The position numbers were made by a program, and so were the translations under genes. Under the pieces are notes generated by a model. The model was not told where the DNA came from. It ran no database searches and worked only from the letters and a program-made list of their open reading frames with translations. Below, piece by piece: positions 36,066-45,093 of a DNA stretch of 64,000 nucleotides. Within the stretch, counting starts at the first letter, position 1; each line of letters begins with the position of its first letter. The stretch lies in the sequence record NC_017972.1; one strand, written 5' to 3'.

Positions 36066-36808
36066 TACACGTCGTCCGCTGTTTGAATGATGGATGTTTC
36101 TTCGTCTACAACGTTGCCCTCATGGTCAACAATGAGACTGTTAAATTCAACTTCGCCACGGTTGTTAACCTTGGAGATTTTCCGCTCGATACCGGTCCAT
36201 GTGCTCGTATGGCAATTAATCACCAGATCGAATGCTTCTGGTTCGGCTTCGTTGTCCTTGTCGGCACGCGGCAGCTGAATTTCTTTTGTGTCAGTGGTAA
36301 TGTCGAGGAACGACGACGGCAAACCACTTTTGATCTTGACGTTGAGCACTTTGGAATCAAACAAAATCAACGCTTCGCCGATGAAGCGAATGGCGTCGAA
36401 ATAATCGTTTGTAACGTAGTGGAATTCGTACTGCAAAGTGACGGGGAAATAATGCAGGCTGGTCAGCGTGCTATTCGATCCGTCTACAACGTGTCCAACG
36501 CCCCGGCGTCTCAGTGTAGGCCCGGACATTCCACCTTCTGTTTTCGCAATGCTGGTCATGCTCACATACGCATACGGATATTCCGGTTGCGCAGAAGCAC
36601 GCATTATTTGCTTAACGTCGTTGTTGTGAACAAACGGTAAATCTTTCAGCTTAAAAAACTTTTTCAGCGATGCCCGAATTGCAGCAAAGCTCAGATGCAA
36701 GTGCGTCTGTTTGAAGCTGTGGTTCCCGAACAAATCTCGCTCACGCATGGCAGCGCGCAGCGACGGAGAAACTGCCGTATCAGACATTTTTTGGACTCCA
36801 GAAAGCAA
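36065..36808 (-). CDS. neck / tail-terminator-like protein (start probably 36787)
   Basis: position between head and sheath; YPYAYVSMTSI...PVTLQYEF pattern. Confidence 0.45.
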   Translation of the reverse strand: MLSGVQKMSDTAVSPSLRAAMRERDLFGNHSFKQTHLHLSFAAIRASLKKFFKLKDLPFVHNNDVKQIMRASAQPEYPYAYVSMTSIAKTEGGMSGPTLRRRGVGHVVDGSNSTLTSLHYFPVTLQYEFHYVTNDYFDAIRFIGEALILFDSKVLNVKIKSGLPSSFLDITTDTKEIQLPRADKDNEAEPEAFDLVINCHTSTWTGIERKISKVNNRGEVEFNSLIVDHEGNVVDEETSIIQTADDV

Positions 36809-36843
36809 AAAAGGCCGTCGTGATTTCTCACAAGCGGCCTTTT
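36807..36843 (-). terminator. intrinsic terminator ending the head operon
   Basis: aaaaggccg/cggcctttt stem plus T6. Confidence 0.75.
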
Positions 36844-36845
36844 CG

Positions 36846-37379
36846 TTAAAGCTTAATCCTGATACGGCCCGGTCGTAACGGTGTAGTCACCTTCGGTTTT
36901 TCTTGACGAATTGCCAGCGACTCGGGGTCGTATGGTTCAACATCAACCGAAGCGAAAGCCGAAATTTGAGGATCGATAAGGAGATATTCCCCATCTTCCA
37001 AATACTGCTTTTGAGTGAAAACAGCAGACGCCATCGCAACGACTTGGCCGAATGCTACTTGATCATTTCCGTGCAGAGACGGGCTGATCGTGTTTTCAGA
37101 AATCGGGGCAGTACCAAATACGGTATTTGTGGGCGGAACAGAATCGATATTATCGACGTAACTATTCAACCCATCTGCACCATCGCCGTCCTTGCCTTCT
37201 GCTACGCAACCTTGCGTTACCGCTTGGGGCATACAGGTGGCAAGAGGCTGCAACGAACTGCTCAGGAGCGAAGGAAATTCACTGCTATTGCAGGCCTGTT
37301 GAAGCACCTGCAACGCAAGTTCATTTCTGCCGTTTTTGCAACACATTGCCGCAAGGAAAAGCAGAGCATTTGTATCCAT
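36846..37379 (-). CDS. putative head protein
   Basis: 177 aa directly after the capsid gene; GGGAG RBS. Confidence 0.65.
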   Translation of the reverse strand: MDTNALLFLAAMCCKNGRNELALQVLQQACNSSEFPSLLSSSLQPLATCMPQAVTQGCVAEGKDGDGADGLNSYVDNIDSVPPTNTVFGTAPISENTISPSLHGNDQVAFGQVVAMASAVFTQKQYLEDGEYLLIDPQISAFASVDVEPYDPESLAIRQEKPKVTTPLRPGRIRIKL

Positions 37380-37455
37380 GTTTATCTCCCAGTGAATCTA
37401 CACCGTGTAAAGTTTTAAGGGGCGCTCCGAAAAACTCTACACGGCGCGGAGATAA

Positions 37456-38550
37456 TTAACGGACCAGACGCTTGCCTTTAACTACGGAACGGTTGTTCGC
37501 CAGAACGAACGAGAACATTTCCGACAGCATCCAACCTTTGGCGGTCGAACCTTCAAACGCGTAGTCAACCGGAGTCGAACGGATACCGCCGCGAGTGGAG
37601 TACGAAGCGTGGTTTTCTGGCGAAGCAACAACGTAGATTTCGCCGCGATCCAGAACTTTCTGGTTTGGTTGGCGGAAACCGTCGGTCAGCAGGGTCAGAC
37701 CAACCAGAGTACCGAGCTGACCATTCAGGGCCAAGTCGTATTTGGTGATCGGATCGAGCATGGTTGCGAAATCGTTGGAACCGATAATATCGGACCAGAA
37801 TTCGTTGGAGATAATTGCGGTAGTGGCTGGCAGGTTCCAGTCAGTTACAGCAGTACGCAGACGACCGAGGTTTTTGGTGGTCAGTTCGCCAGCGATATAT
37901 TCCAGCGGGTTCATCATGCCAACGGTGGCGTCAGCAGCACGTTTCCACAGGCGGTCTTCTTGAACCATGATGCTTTGCAGAGCATCGTTGTAAGCGTGTT
38001 CCAGCAGGTCGCCGCTCACTTGTTCCATATCGAGAGCGTTCACACGAACGTTCGCGATAATCTCGAATTCGGCAGGCAGGAAAACGCGCTGGCGAATATT
38101 CTGATAACCAACGCCAGCAGGGCCGGTAGCCACAACAGCTTGGGTATCATGCGGAGGCATTGGAACGCGCTGAACTTCACCAGTGCGCAGGGTATTACCT
38201 ACCGACAGTTTACGCAGGAAACCGTCACGGTCGGCCTGTTCGTAAACTTGTTGAGCGATGTTTGCGCCCAGTGCTTCCCAGTTTTCTTTGGAAGCCATTG
38301 CATCGCGCATCAGAGCGGTGCGCTCTTCGCGGCTGGAAGCGGTGGCAACTTGTTGTTCTGGAACAACGGCGCCGCTTTGAACGGCATTCAGCAGGCGGTC
38401 AATTTGCAGCGCCAGATCGCGCTTGTCACTGGCGTTGAATTCGCCGGTAGCGCTGGACAGAGCCAGAGAATCATTTTTACCGTAGCGCAGTTCGGTCAAC
38501 GGCTCGCCGTTAGCCAGAACCATACGAGCACCTTGCATTTTGTTAAACAT
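37456..38550 (-). CDS. major capsid protein
   Basis: 364 aa; strong codon bias; HK97-like pattern (EFEIIANVRV..DMEQ..DLLE....IMVQED..W); follows scaffold and decoration genes. Confidence 0.8.
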   Translation of the reverse strand: MFNKMQGARMVLANGEPLTELRYGKNDSLALSSATGEFNASDKRDLALQIDRLLNAVQSGAVVPEQQVATASSREERTALMRDAMASKENWEALGANIAQQVYEQADRDGFLRKLSVGNTLRTGEVQRVPMPPHDTQAVVATGPAGVGYQNIRQRVFLPAEFEIIANVRVNALDMEQVSGDLLEHAYNDALQSIMVQEDRLWKRAADATVGMMNPLEYIAGELTTKNLGRLRTAVTDWNLPATTAIISNEFWSDIIGSNDFATMLDPITKYDLALNGQLGTLVGLTLLTDGFRQPNQKVLDRGEIYVVASPENHASYSTRGGIRSTPVDYAFEGSTAKGWMLSEMFSFVLANNRSVVKGKRLVR

Positions 38551-38586
38551 ATGAATTTCTCCAGAAGTTCTTTTTAGTCGTGAAAA

Positions 38587-39330
38587 TTAAGCGTTGGTTA
38601 CTTTCACGACCAGCGGGCCGTAAGAAGCTTGGTCGGCAACAGGCTGTTGCAGAACGACAACGGTAGTCAGTTCGGTGCCCGGACCGGAAGCGGTCAGACG
38701 GCCTTCGGCGCCCAGTTTCGGATGGATAACATCAGCCCAATCGGCAGAAGCATCGTAGAAAGTGGTAGCCAGAGAATCGACGCGAGTAGCGACAGCGATA
38801 CGATCCATTTCCGAGGAACCCAGACCGCCGATTGGCGCGTCACCGCGAACGGTTTTAGCTTCGGAAACAGTTGGTTCGTACATCATTTGAACAAACAGGG
38901 TTTTACCAACGTCGCCCGGAACTGCATCGCCAGCGCCCGGAGCGGTTTCGGGGGTGCCGGTGAAGAAGAACAGTTTGGTGCCGACGCTTTGTACTTTACC
39001 AGCAACCGGAGCACCGGCAGCGATGGTCAGAGTGGTGCCGTCAACTTGCACCAGAATTTGACCGGTAATTGGCAGACGACCAAGATCAACAACGCCGCTT
39101 TCTGGAACGGTAACATCCGAAATGATTTTCGGCAGGAAAGAAGGCGGGGTGTTACGGTTGATCGAGAAACCGGCGAAGATTTCACCAGCTACGCCTTGCG
39201 ACGGACGTACATACGAACGACCATTTACTTTCGACCAAACCAGTGCTTGGCCGTCTTCGCGCAGGTCAAGGCCCGGCTCGATATCGCGGAACTCGGTGTT
39301 GAATACGCGAGTGTATTTATCAACGATCAT
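38587..39330 (-). CDS. head decoration / structural protein
   Basis: 247 aa from ATG 39330 (GGAG RBS); highly biased codons; between scaffold and capsid. Confidence 0.7.
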   Translation of the reverse strand: MIVDKYTRVFNTEFRDIEPGLDLREDGQALVWSKVNGRSYVRPSQGVAGEIFAGFSINRNTPPSFLPKIISDVTVPESGVVDLGRLPITGQILVQVDGTTLTIAAGAPVAGKVQSVGTKLFFFTGTPETAPGAGDAVPGDVGKTLFVQMMYEPTVSEAKTVRGDAPIGGLGSSEMDRIAVATRVDSLATTFYDASADWADVIHPKLGAEGRLTASGPGTELTTVVVLQQPVADQASYGPLVVKVTNA

Positions 39331-39346
39331 GTGAAATCTCCGATTT

Positions 39347-41251
39347 TTAGAAGAAGCGGTTAGCTTTGAGGCGTTCCGCAAAACTTGGTGCAGCCGATTG
39401 TTCTTGACGTGCAGAAGCAACGGCTACATGTTCAGTTTTTTGCTGCACTGGACGCTCAACCGGACGACCTACGCTCAGCGAGGATGCGGTAGCGACTTGG
39501 CGCGGTTCAATTTCAGTTACAGCGGTTGCGATTTGATTTCGGACTTCCTGATCATATCGCATGATATCGTTGGCTTTTGCCAGAATAGCGCGGTGATACG
39601 CTGGCGAATGTTCAACGAAAGCACGCTGCAACAGTTCGTCACCACCAGAAATGCCCAAGCTTTCGAGAGTCGAGGCCAGTGCAGTGATGATTGGGTTTTC
39701 GATCTTGCGGAAATAACCGTTGTTAATTCCGGTAGCAGCGGTGGCAAGTGCGGCTTCGTAGCTGGATGCCAGTTCGGAAGTATCGCGAGCGCTTGCCTCA
39801 GCGAGAGCGGCGCCTTGCTCAGCAACTTTGGTTGCGATTTGTTCTGCTACAACTTGATCGATTTGCAGAACTGGTTTCAGCTCTTCAAAACGCAGTTGAG
39901 TCAGTGCAGCCTGTACGCCTTGGTCAGCAGCGATTGCGCGGAAAACACGACCAAAGTTTTCGCTAGCGAATTCTTGTGGGTTTTCAGCAGCCGATGCAAT
40001 GGCTTTGGCGAAAGGAATACCGTCATGGAAAGCCATCCAAGTGGCTTCACCTTTGACGTTTCCTACATAATTAACATCAACAGAATTTCCTTTCATTTCG
40101 GAAGCTGCGATGGAAACGTAGGAGGCCTGCACTTCGACTTGTTCGCCTACGGCAACCGAGGATGCAGTGGCGACAACAGCTTTTTTCGCTTTTTTCGCTT
40201 TGCGAACTACGCCGCCTTTACGCGGTTTGCTGTTCGCGAGGCCGAGGGAAAGATCGTCATCGTCTTCTTCCTCTTCCTCTTCATCTTCTTCGTCGTCTTC
40301 TTCCTCTTCGTCCTCGTCCTCTTCCTCTTCTTCGTCGTCCTCAGATTCGTCGTCTTCATCCTCGTCTTCTTCGTCTTCATCATCGAAATCATCCGATGCG
40401 AGAGCGGCGAAATCAGCAGAGGCAGTAGCGCGCTCTTCTGCGCTCATATCCTCTTCTGGATCGAGGGTGCCCATACCGGTAGCAGGGCAGAAAATCGGCG
40501 ATTGTTTGGAAGCGATAATGTGCATTTGCTCACCGTCGTCAGACGCGGTAGTCAGATACACAACTTCCATTTGCTTTTTGCCATTGTCCAGAACAACGGA
40601 CGGAATAGCAGCAGCAACAGCCAGTTGAGGTTGATCGGTTTCGTTGGCAGCTTGCGCCATTTCTGGAATGTAGTTTTCCAGAGTTTCAGCAGGCAGGCCA
40701 CGGAACACGTCGAAATTGACGGGCTGATTCGACAGTACGACATGATCTTCGCACTGCGCAGCAAACACTTCGCAGGCACCGGAAGCCAGAGCGCGGAACG
40801 CTTCGGCAGCGGATTTGCGATCTGTTGCTACAGCAATCAGCATTTCTTTTTTGGGCGATTGGGATTTGTTCTTGCTCAAGTCTTCGGCTTCCATTTTAGG
40901 TAGAGCGGAAGCGCACGCAGGGCACTTATCCAGAAGGTCTTCACTATCTGCGATAACGTGAATGCCGCAACCACTAGAGCAAGCTTGATAAAAGGCGTCG
41001 ATATCGTCCTCAGCGGACGCGACGGCTACCAAATCGTGCTTTTCTTCTTCTGGAACAGCGACCATTTCTTCCCCATTAATGGGGTTGAGCATAGCCATTT
41101 CCGCGTCGGTAGTAGCGAGGGCAAAAGTGCCATCTTTACTTTCCATAACGCGGTAAGTACCAGAAGCAACAGCGCGGAAATGCTCTTGCGCTTGTTCTTG
41201 GTTGTCAGCCATAACGACGATGCCGCGCAGGCGCGAATTTCGTTTAGACAT
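39347..41251 (-). CDS. prohead scaffold/core protein
   Basis: 634 aa, very acidic (~35-residue D/E run), Ala-rich, Cys clusters, many AxAS motifs. Confidence 0.65.
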   Translation of the reverse strand: MSKRNSRLRGIVVMADNQEQAQEHFRAVASGTYRVMESKDGTFALATTDAEMAMLNPINGEEMVAVPEEEKHDLVAVASAEDDIDAFYQACSSGCGIHVIADSEDLLDKCPACASALPKMEAEDLSKNKSQSPKKEMLIAVATDRKSAAEAFRALASGACEVFAAQCEDHVVLSNQPVNFDVFRGLPAETLENYIPEMAQAANETDQPQLAVAAAIPSVVLDNGKKQMEVVYLTTASDDGEQMHIIASKQSPIFCPATGMGTLDPEEDMSAEERATASADFAALASDDFDDEDEEDEDEDDESEDDEEEEEDEDEEEEDDEEDEEEEEEDDDDLSLGLANSKPRKGGVVRKAKKAKKAVVATASSVAVGEQVEVQASYVSIAASEMKGNSVDVNYVGNVKGEATWMAFHDGIPFAKAIASAAENPQEFASENFGRVFRAIAADQGVQAALTQLRFEELKPVLQIDQVVAEQIATKVAEQGAALAEASARDTSELASSYEAALATAATGINNGYFRKIENPIITALASTLESLGISGGDELLQRAFVEHSPAYHRAILAKANDIMRYDQEVRNQIATAVTEIEPRQVATASSLSVGRPVERPVQQKTEHVAVASARQEQSAAPSFAERLKANRFF

Positions 41252-41320
41252 GGTTCACTCCGTTTATAGAGTTGTGGGCTTTCACCTCACATTTAAAAAT
41301 TACAACGGCCAAAAATTCTG

Positions 41321-41683
41321 TCAAATAAGCTTCAACAGTAGACCACGAACCTTTCGACAAATTGCCTGTATACTATTATGGGCAGTGTGCCCTTCATAGT
41401 CGATCACTTCGCCGTTAACGTTTGATTCGCCCGTATAACGCCAATTGATATCGTTATGCGAGAATTCCAAATAAGCCGTACCCATATCTGTTTCCAGATT
41501 AACGCGGGCATGTTTGTGTGGCTCACCTGTTCCTTTGTGGTCGTACTCAATGTTGAATTTAGCCATTCCCTTTCGTAGCTCAGGGATATTGGTTAAATGG
41601 TGTTTTAAGGAACGGGTATCAAACGTTTGCGGCAAATGCAGGTCAGTCAAAGGCGATGCAGCTATTGCAAGATACACCTTCAT
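41321..41683 (-). CDS. putative internal head protein (N-terminus MKVYLAIAAS)
   Basis: 120 aa; AAGGAG RBS; late-type motif upstream. Confidence 0.65.
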   Translation of the reverse strand: MKVYLAIAASPLTDLHLPQTFDTRSLKHHLTNIPELRKGMAKFNIEYDHKGTGEPHKHARVNLETDMGTAYLEFSHNDINWRYTGESNVNGEVIDYEGHTAHNSIQAICRKVRGLLLKLI

Positions 41684-41753
41684 ATAACGCTCCTTGACGC
41701 TACAGGTTTAAATTATGGCAAACAGAAATTCGCCCAAATACAAAACGCGGGCC

Positions 41754-41790
41754 AAAAAAAACCCGCACAGGTCGGGGGAACCGGTGCGGG
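41754..41790 (-). terminator. intrinsic terminator
   Basis: cccgcac/gtgcggg stem plus T8. Confidence 0.8.
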
Positions 41791-41837
41791 CTAAAGGCTG
41801 CGACATGGGGAGTTGAAGCAGAGCCTACGTCAATAGG

Positions 41838-42107
41838 CTACTCTGTTAAATTAGTCACAAAAGCGTAACCAAAAGAATCGTTTGCTTTCAACTCCTGAAT
41901 GGTAAGACGGCCAAAAGTACGGCGTGGATTACAGCACATATAGCAACCGGATACGCCGCAATTAAATGGATTACGTTTATTCCACTTATTAGAGGGCTTA
42001 ATACCGCCAGCCGAATGTGGGTAATGGTTCCAATCAAATACGCGCTTTGAGATAACACGTTTAGAATGGAACCGATTCAACGCCTTTGCTTCTTTATCGT
42101 ATGACAT
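41838..42107 (-). CDS. small basic Cys-cluster protein
   Basis: CGVSGCYMCCNPRR motif. Confidence 0.7.
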   Translation of the reverse strand: MSYDKEAKALNRFHSKRVISKRVFDWNHYPHSAGGIKPSNKWNKRNPFNCGVSGCYMCCNPRRTFGRLTIQELKANDSFGYAFVTNLTE

Positions 42108-42163
42108 TAATCAAACCTACGTGCGATGCCCGCCCCGGTATTGAGACGGGCTATCGTATGTAG

Positions 42164-42382
42164 TTAAATGTCGGGGCGCACGTCATGGCGTTCCTTATTC
42201 ATTTGATTTCCTTGTGATTGATCGAATGGGCCGCGCACCATAACAGCCTGCATATGATCAGCAATGGTTTTACCAAATTCGCTTAATGCTTTGCGCTGTT
42301 CTGGTGACGGTTTACCCATTCGCATCATTAGAGATTGGAGCGCTTTACCGAATTCACCTTTGTTAGATATCGGGTCGCTCAT
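42164..42382 (-). CDS. hypothetical protein
   Basis: 72 aa ORF. Confidence 0.55.
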   Translation of the reverse strand: MSDPISNKGEFGKALQSLMMRMGKPSPEQRKALSEFGKTIADHMQAVMVRGPFDQSQGNQMNKERHDVRPDI

Positions 42383-42387
42383 CGTGC

Positions 42388-42570
42388 TTACTCATCGCAG
42401 CCGATATCCTGCGAACCAATCATAAAACCGAGGTCGATTTCGCGAGCAATACCAGCGCCGACGCCGATTTCCTCAGCACCAATTACATTAACTGCAACAA
42501 CGCCCATAGTGGAATTCCTCTGTGCCCAAAGACGAATGTTCTGTTTATTCCGTTCAATTGCATCGTGCAT
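42388..42570 (-). CDS. hypothetical protein
   Basis: 60 aa ORF, TAATG coupling. Confidence 0.5.
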   Translation of the reverse strand: MHDAIERNKQNIRLWAQRNSTMGVVAVNVIGAEEIGVGAGIAREIDLGFMIGSQDIGCDE

Positions 42571-43424
42571 TAACGGATGCTCCGTGGATCAATTACATGA
42601 TCGCCAATTGCAGATACGTAAGACGGATCACCAAAGCCTTGACGATAGCCATCACCGCCGTGACGACCGCCAACGTTTTCCAGCAATGACAATTCAAAGC
42701 CGGTAATATTCTCGCAACGACGATAAGCCAATCGGCCATCCATCAAGCGATAAGTCGGTTTGCCCGGACGCGTATGCGCACACGGACTGCCTTCACCTTT
42801 ACCGGCGCGATGCCCACAAATAGAACAGGTATAAGACGAATAAAGCATACCCATCGAATACGTGTTATAAATGCGTTTCAAAACCTTGTCGCAACGGTCT
42901 GCATCGCGGGTACGATCCAGCGCCGCCAGCATTACCAGTTTATGAATGTTTTTGAATTGAGTGGGGCGCATATACGTCCCGAGAATCAATCCGCGCACCC
43001 ATTCCGGTTTATGCTGGTGTTCAATATACATCGGGCGACCTTCCCACGTTTTGTACGCGAGACGACCGCATTTTTCGTTCCACGCGGTAAACTGTTTCAA
43101 GTCAACAGAATCGCCGTTGGTGTTTGGAATGCGAGTAATCATTGCCGGAACAGGAACTAGAATATAGTCACTAAGACGCGGCGAAAGATTGTGATATTCA
43201 GCTGCACGCGGCAACCAAATTTGCGCTTCCAGAGTTTGAGTTTCACCCGTGCCGGAAACTTCACCGTTTACCGTTACGGAACCATCTTCGTTCGGAGTAA
43301 TTCCGTGCATTTCCGTCGCTTGCAACGGAGTGCCCAGCGTAAACCCTAACGCAAGTTCACCATCATCAGCATCAAACATTGGATTTAGAACCCGTGTAGT
43401 GGTCGCGCACCCATTGGCGTGCAT
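42570..43424 (-). CDS. prohead protease (with Zn-finger insert)
   Basis: YIEH.H, YSMG....Y.CSICG....PCAH, ITGFELSLL; upstream of scaffold and capsid. Confidence 0.65.
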   Translation of the reverse strand: MHANGCATTTRVLNPMFDADDGELALGFTLGTPLQATEMHGITPNEDGSVTVNGEVSGTGETQTLEAQIWLPRAAEYHNLSPRLSDYILVPVPAMITRIPNTNGDSVDLKQFTAWNEKCGRLAYKTWEGRPMYIEHQHKPEWVRGLILGTYMRPTQFKNIHKLVMLAALDRTRDADRCDKVLKRIYNTYSMGMLYSSYTCSICGHRAGKGEGSPCAHTRPGKPTYRLMDGRLAYRRCENITGFELSLLENVGGRHGGDGYRQGFGDPSYVSAIGDHVIDPRSIR

Positions 43425-43752
43425 CGGATAGCGACTGTTTATTGGGATTCACCAACGACAACAAACCCTCCTCACTTCGCGCCACATGAACTTGCGGATT
43501 TTCTTCGTCAAATTCGTCGTGGTCGTGTGCGAAAGGATCAAATTGTTGGTGATGAATTCTTGCACTCCACATAGCCGTTTGTTGGCTACGGTCGGCGCTT
43601 TCATCGGGCGATTCGATACCGTCCATAGGTTTCGGCGTGGACGCATGAGACTCCAAAGTCGCAATGCGTTTATCCCCGTCACAAACCCACATTTTGGTAC
43701 GCTGCGCCATAGGCAAATGGCGTTCATCAGGATCGCACAAAAACGTCAGCAT
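43372..43752 (-). CDS. hypothetical protein
   Basis: 126 aa ORF. Confidence 0.65.
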   Translation of the reverse strand: MLTFLCDPDERHLPMAQRTKMWVCDGDKRIATLESHASTPKPMDGIESPDESADRSQQTAMWSARIHHQQFDPFAHDHDEFDEENPQVHVARSEEGLLSLVNPNKQSLSDARQWVRDHYTGSKSNV

Positions 43753-45093
43753 TTAGATACCTCCCTGCATTCCGTTTTGGTGATAGAAATCCCCGTCACA
43801 GCAAAGGAAGAAATCTTGACCCACTTGGCCGATTGTCACGCGCCCGTATCCGTTATCGAAATGGTAGGCGTGATTATCTTCGTACTCGGTGACGCTGGAT
43901 TCATAGCCCATGTTTTTGAACAGGCGCTGCAAACCCCGGAAACCGGCGGGACAATTGAACATCAGGCCATTACCGTGCGGGCGGTAATTGTCGCAATAAC
44001 CGAAATTCAGCAGGTATTGCAGATCGGCAAAACGTGCATCAGAAGCAGTAGCGAAAATGGAATCGCCATGCTCTTTCAAATCAGCAGCCGATTGGTGACG
44101 AAGCAGATCGGCAACTTGATCGATAACCATGCCAATTACATGATCGTCGCTAAGTTCTTCGTTGTCGTCAATCGAATCGAATACGGAAAACGCAACAGCA
44201 ACAATCGGATCGACTTTGGATGATTTCTTGCCATTTTTGGAACCGGCTTTTACGTCGTCGTCATCGTCGTCATAATCACCGAGGTCACGCGACTTAATCG
44301 GCTCCAGCCCATCCGCTTCGCGTTGTGCGTTGATTCTTTTCAGTCTTTCCCTATTGCGCTTTTTCTCTTTCAGGCGGCGCAATTCGGAAACGTCGTCTCG
44401 CAGGTTTTTGCCATGCTTGGAACCAGCCCACATATTGAACATGGTTACGCCCAGCAATACGCCCAGCGGTGCAGCGGCTGCGCTACAGGCCAGAATACCG
44501 GCACCCAAAACCGCGACCGTAGCCATGCCACCTAAAACACGGTGCATTGCGTGCTTAGTGGTAATACTAAGTTCGTCGGGTTTTTGCTCACCAGAAATCA
44601 GCGATTTAATTGCGCCCAGTCCCTTATGGTACATGTGCGGCATACGCTGCGATTGCTTCTGGATCGCGGTGGCGATTTCTGTTTTATTTTTGTTGATATT
44701 GTCGGAGGCTTCGCGCAGATGCGTGTCCTTAACTTCCTGCAACGCGTGCAGGGAGGTCGGGTTGATCACCGCCACGTTCGACTTGTTGAATTCCGAAATA
44801 TCTTTACGGACGGCTGACAGGCGTTTGCGCCGTTCAAAGATATCCTCAGAATCCTTGAACCGCGCAGCACCAGTCTTTTTCTCTGGTGCCATTACCTGTT
44901 TGTTTTCCACATTGTCAGGATCGCCCTTGTGCATCAGGAATCGGTGACTGGAATGCGGATAGAGTTTCAAATAACGTTCGCGGGCGGCGGTAGATAGCTT
45001 GAGGAATTCAGATTTCCCCAAGCGTTTCTGCCATGTTGCCATTTCCTGCACATGGTCAGCATCTTTAAACGCCCATGCTATCGAGATAAACAT
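43753..45093 (-). CDS. putative internal head/ejection protein with hydrophobic hairpin
   Basis: 446 aa; N-terminus MFISIAWAF; two adjacent Gly/Ala-rich TM-like helices; FATAS motif. Confidence 0.55.
   Translation of the reverse strand: MFISIAWAFKDADHVQEMATWQKRLGKSEFLKLSTAARERYLKLYPHSSHRFLMHKGDPDNVENKQVMAPEKKTGAARFKDSEDIFERRKRLSAVRKDISEFNKSNVAVINPTSLHALQEVKDTHLREASDNINKNKTEIATAIQKQSQRMPHMYHKGLGAIKSLISGEQKPDELSITTKHAMHRVLGGMATVAVLGAGILACSAAAAPLGVLLGVTMFNMWAGSKHGKNLRDDVSELRRLKEKKRNRERLKRINAQREADGLEPIKSRDLGDYDDDDDDVKAGSKNGKKSSKVDPIVAVAFSVFDSIDDNEELSDDHVIGMVIDQVADLLRHQSAADLKEHGDSIFATASDARFADLQYLLNFGYCDNYRPHGNGLMFNCPAGFRGLQRLFKNMGYESSVTEYEDNHAYHFDNGYGRVTIGQVGQDFFLCCDGDFYHQNGMQGGI

Noticed and set aside
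39331-39420. Upstream-extended starts in the ORF track (also 3088, 32502, 46560, 51410, 53815, 22974, 11158)
   Set aside because: They overlap upstream genes or terminators; downstream ATGs have proper SD spacing
40255-40385. TCT/TCG/TCC-rich low-complexity DNA as a repeat element
   Set aside because: It simply encodes the Asp/Glu tract of the scaffold protein; similar tracts lie at 16700, 48750 and 56700
41826-41840. sigma70 promoter at TAGCCTATTGACG (same 5' context as P2)
   Set aside because: No credible -10 at 16-18 nt, and it is followed by a terminator
41790-41850. tRNA or defined ncRNA in the hairpin-rich intergenic region
   Set aside because: Only one or two simple hairpins; no cloverleaf, T-loop or CCA
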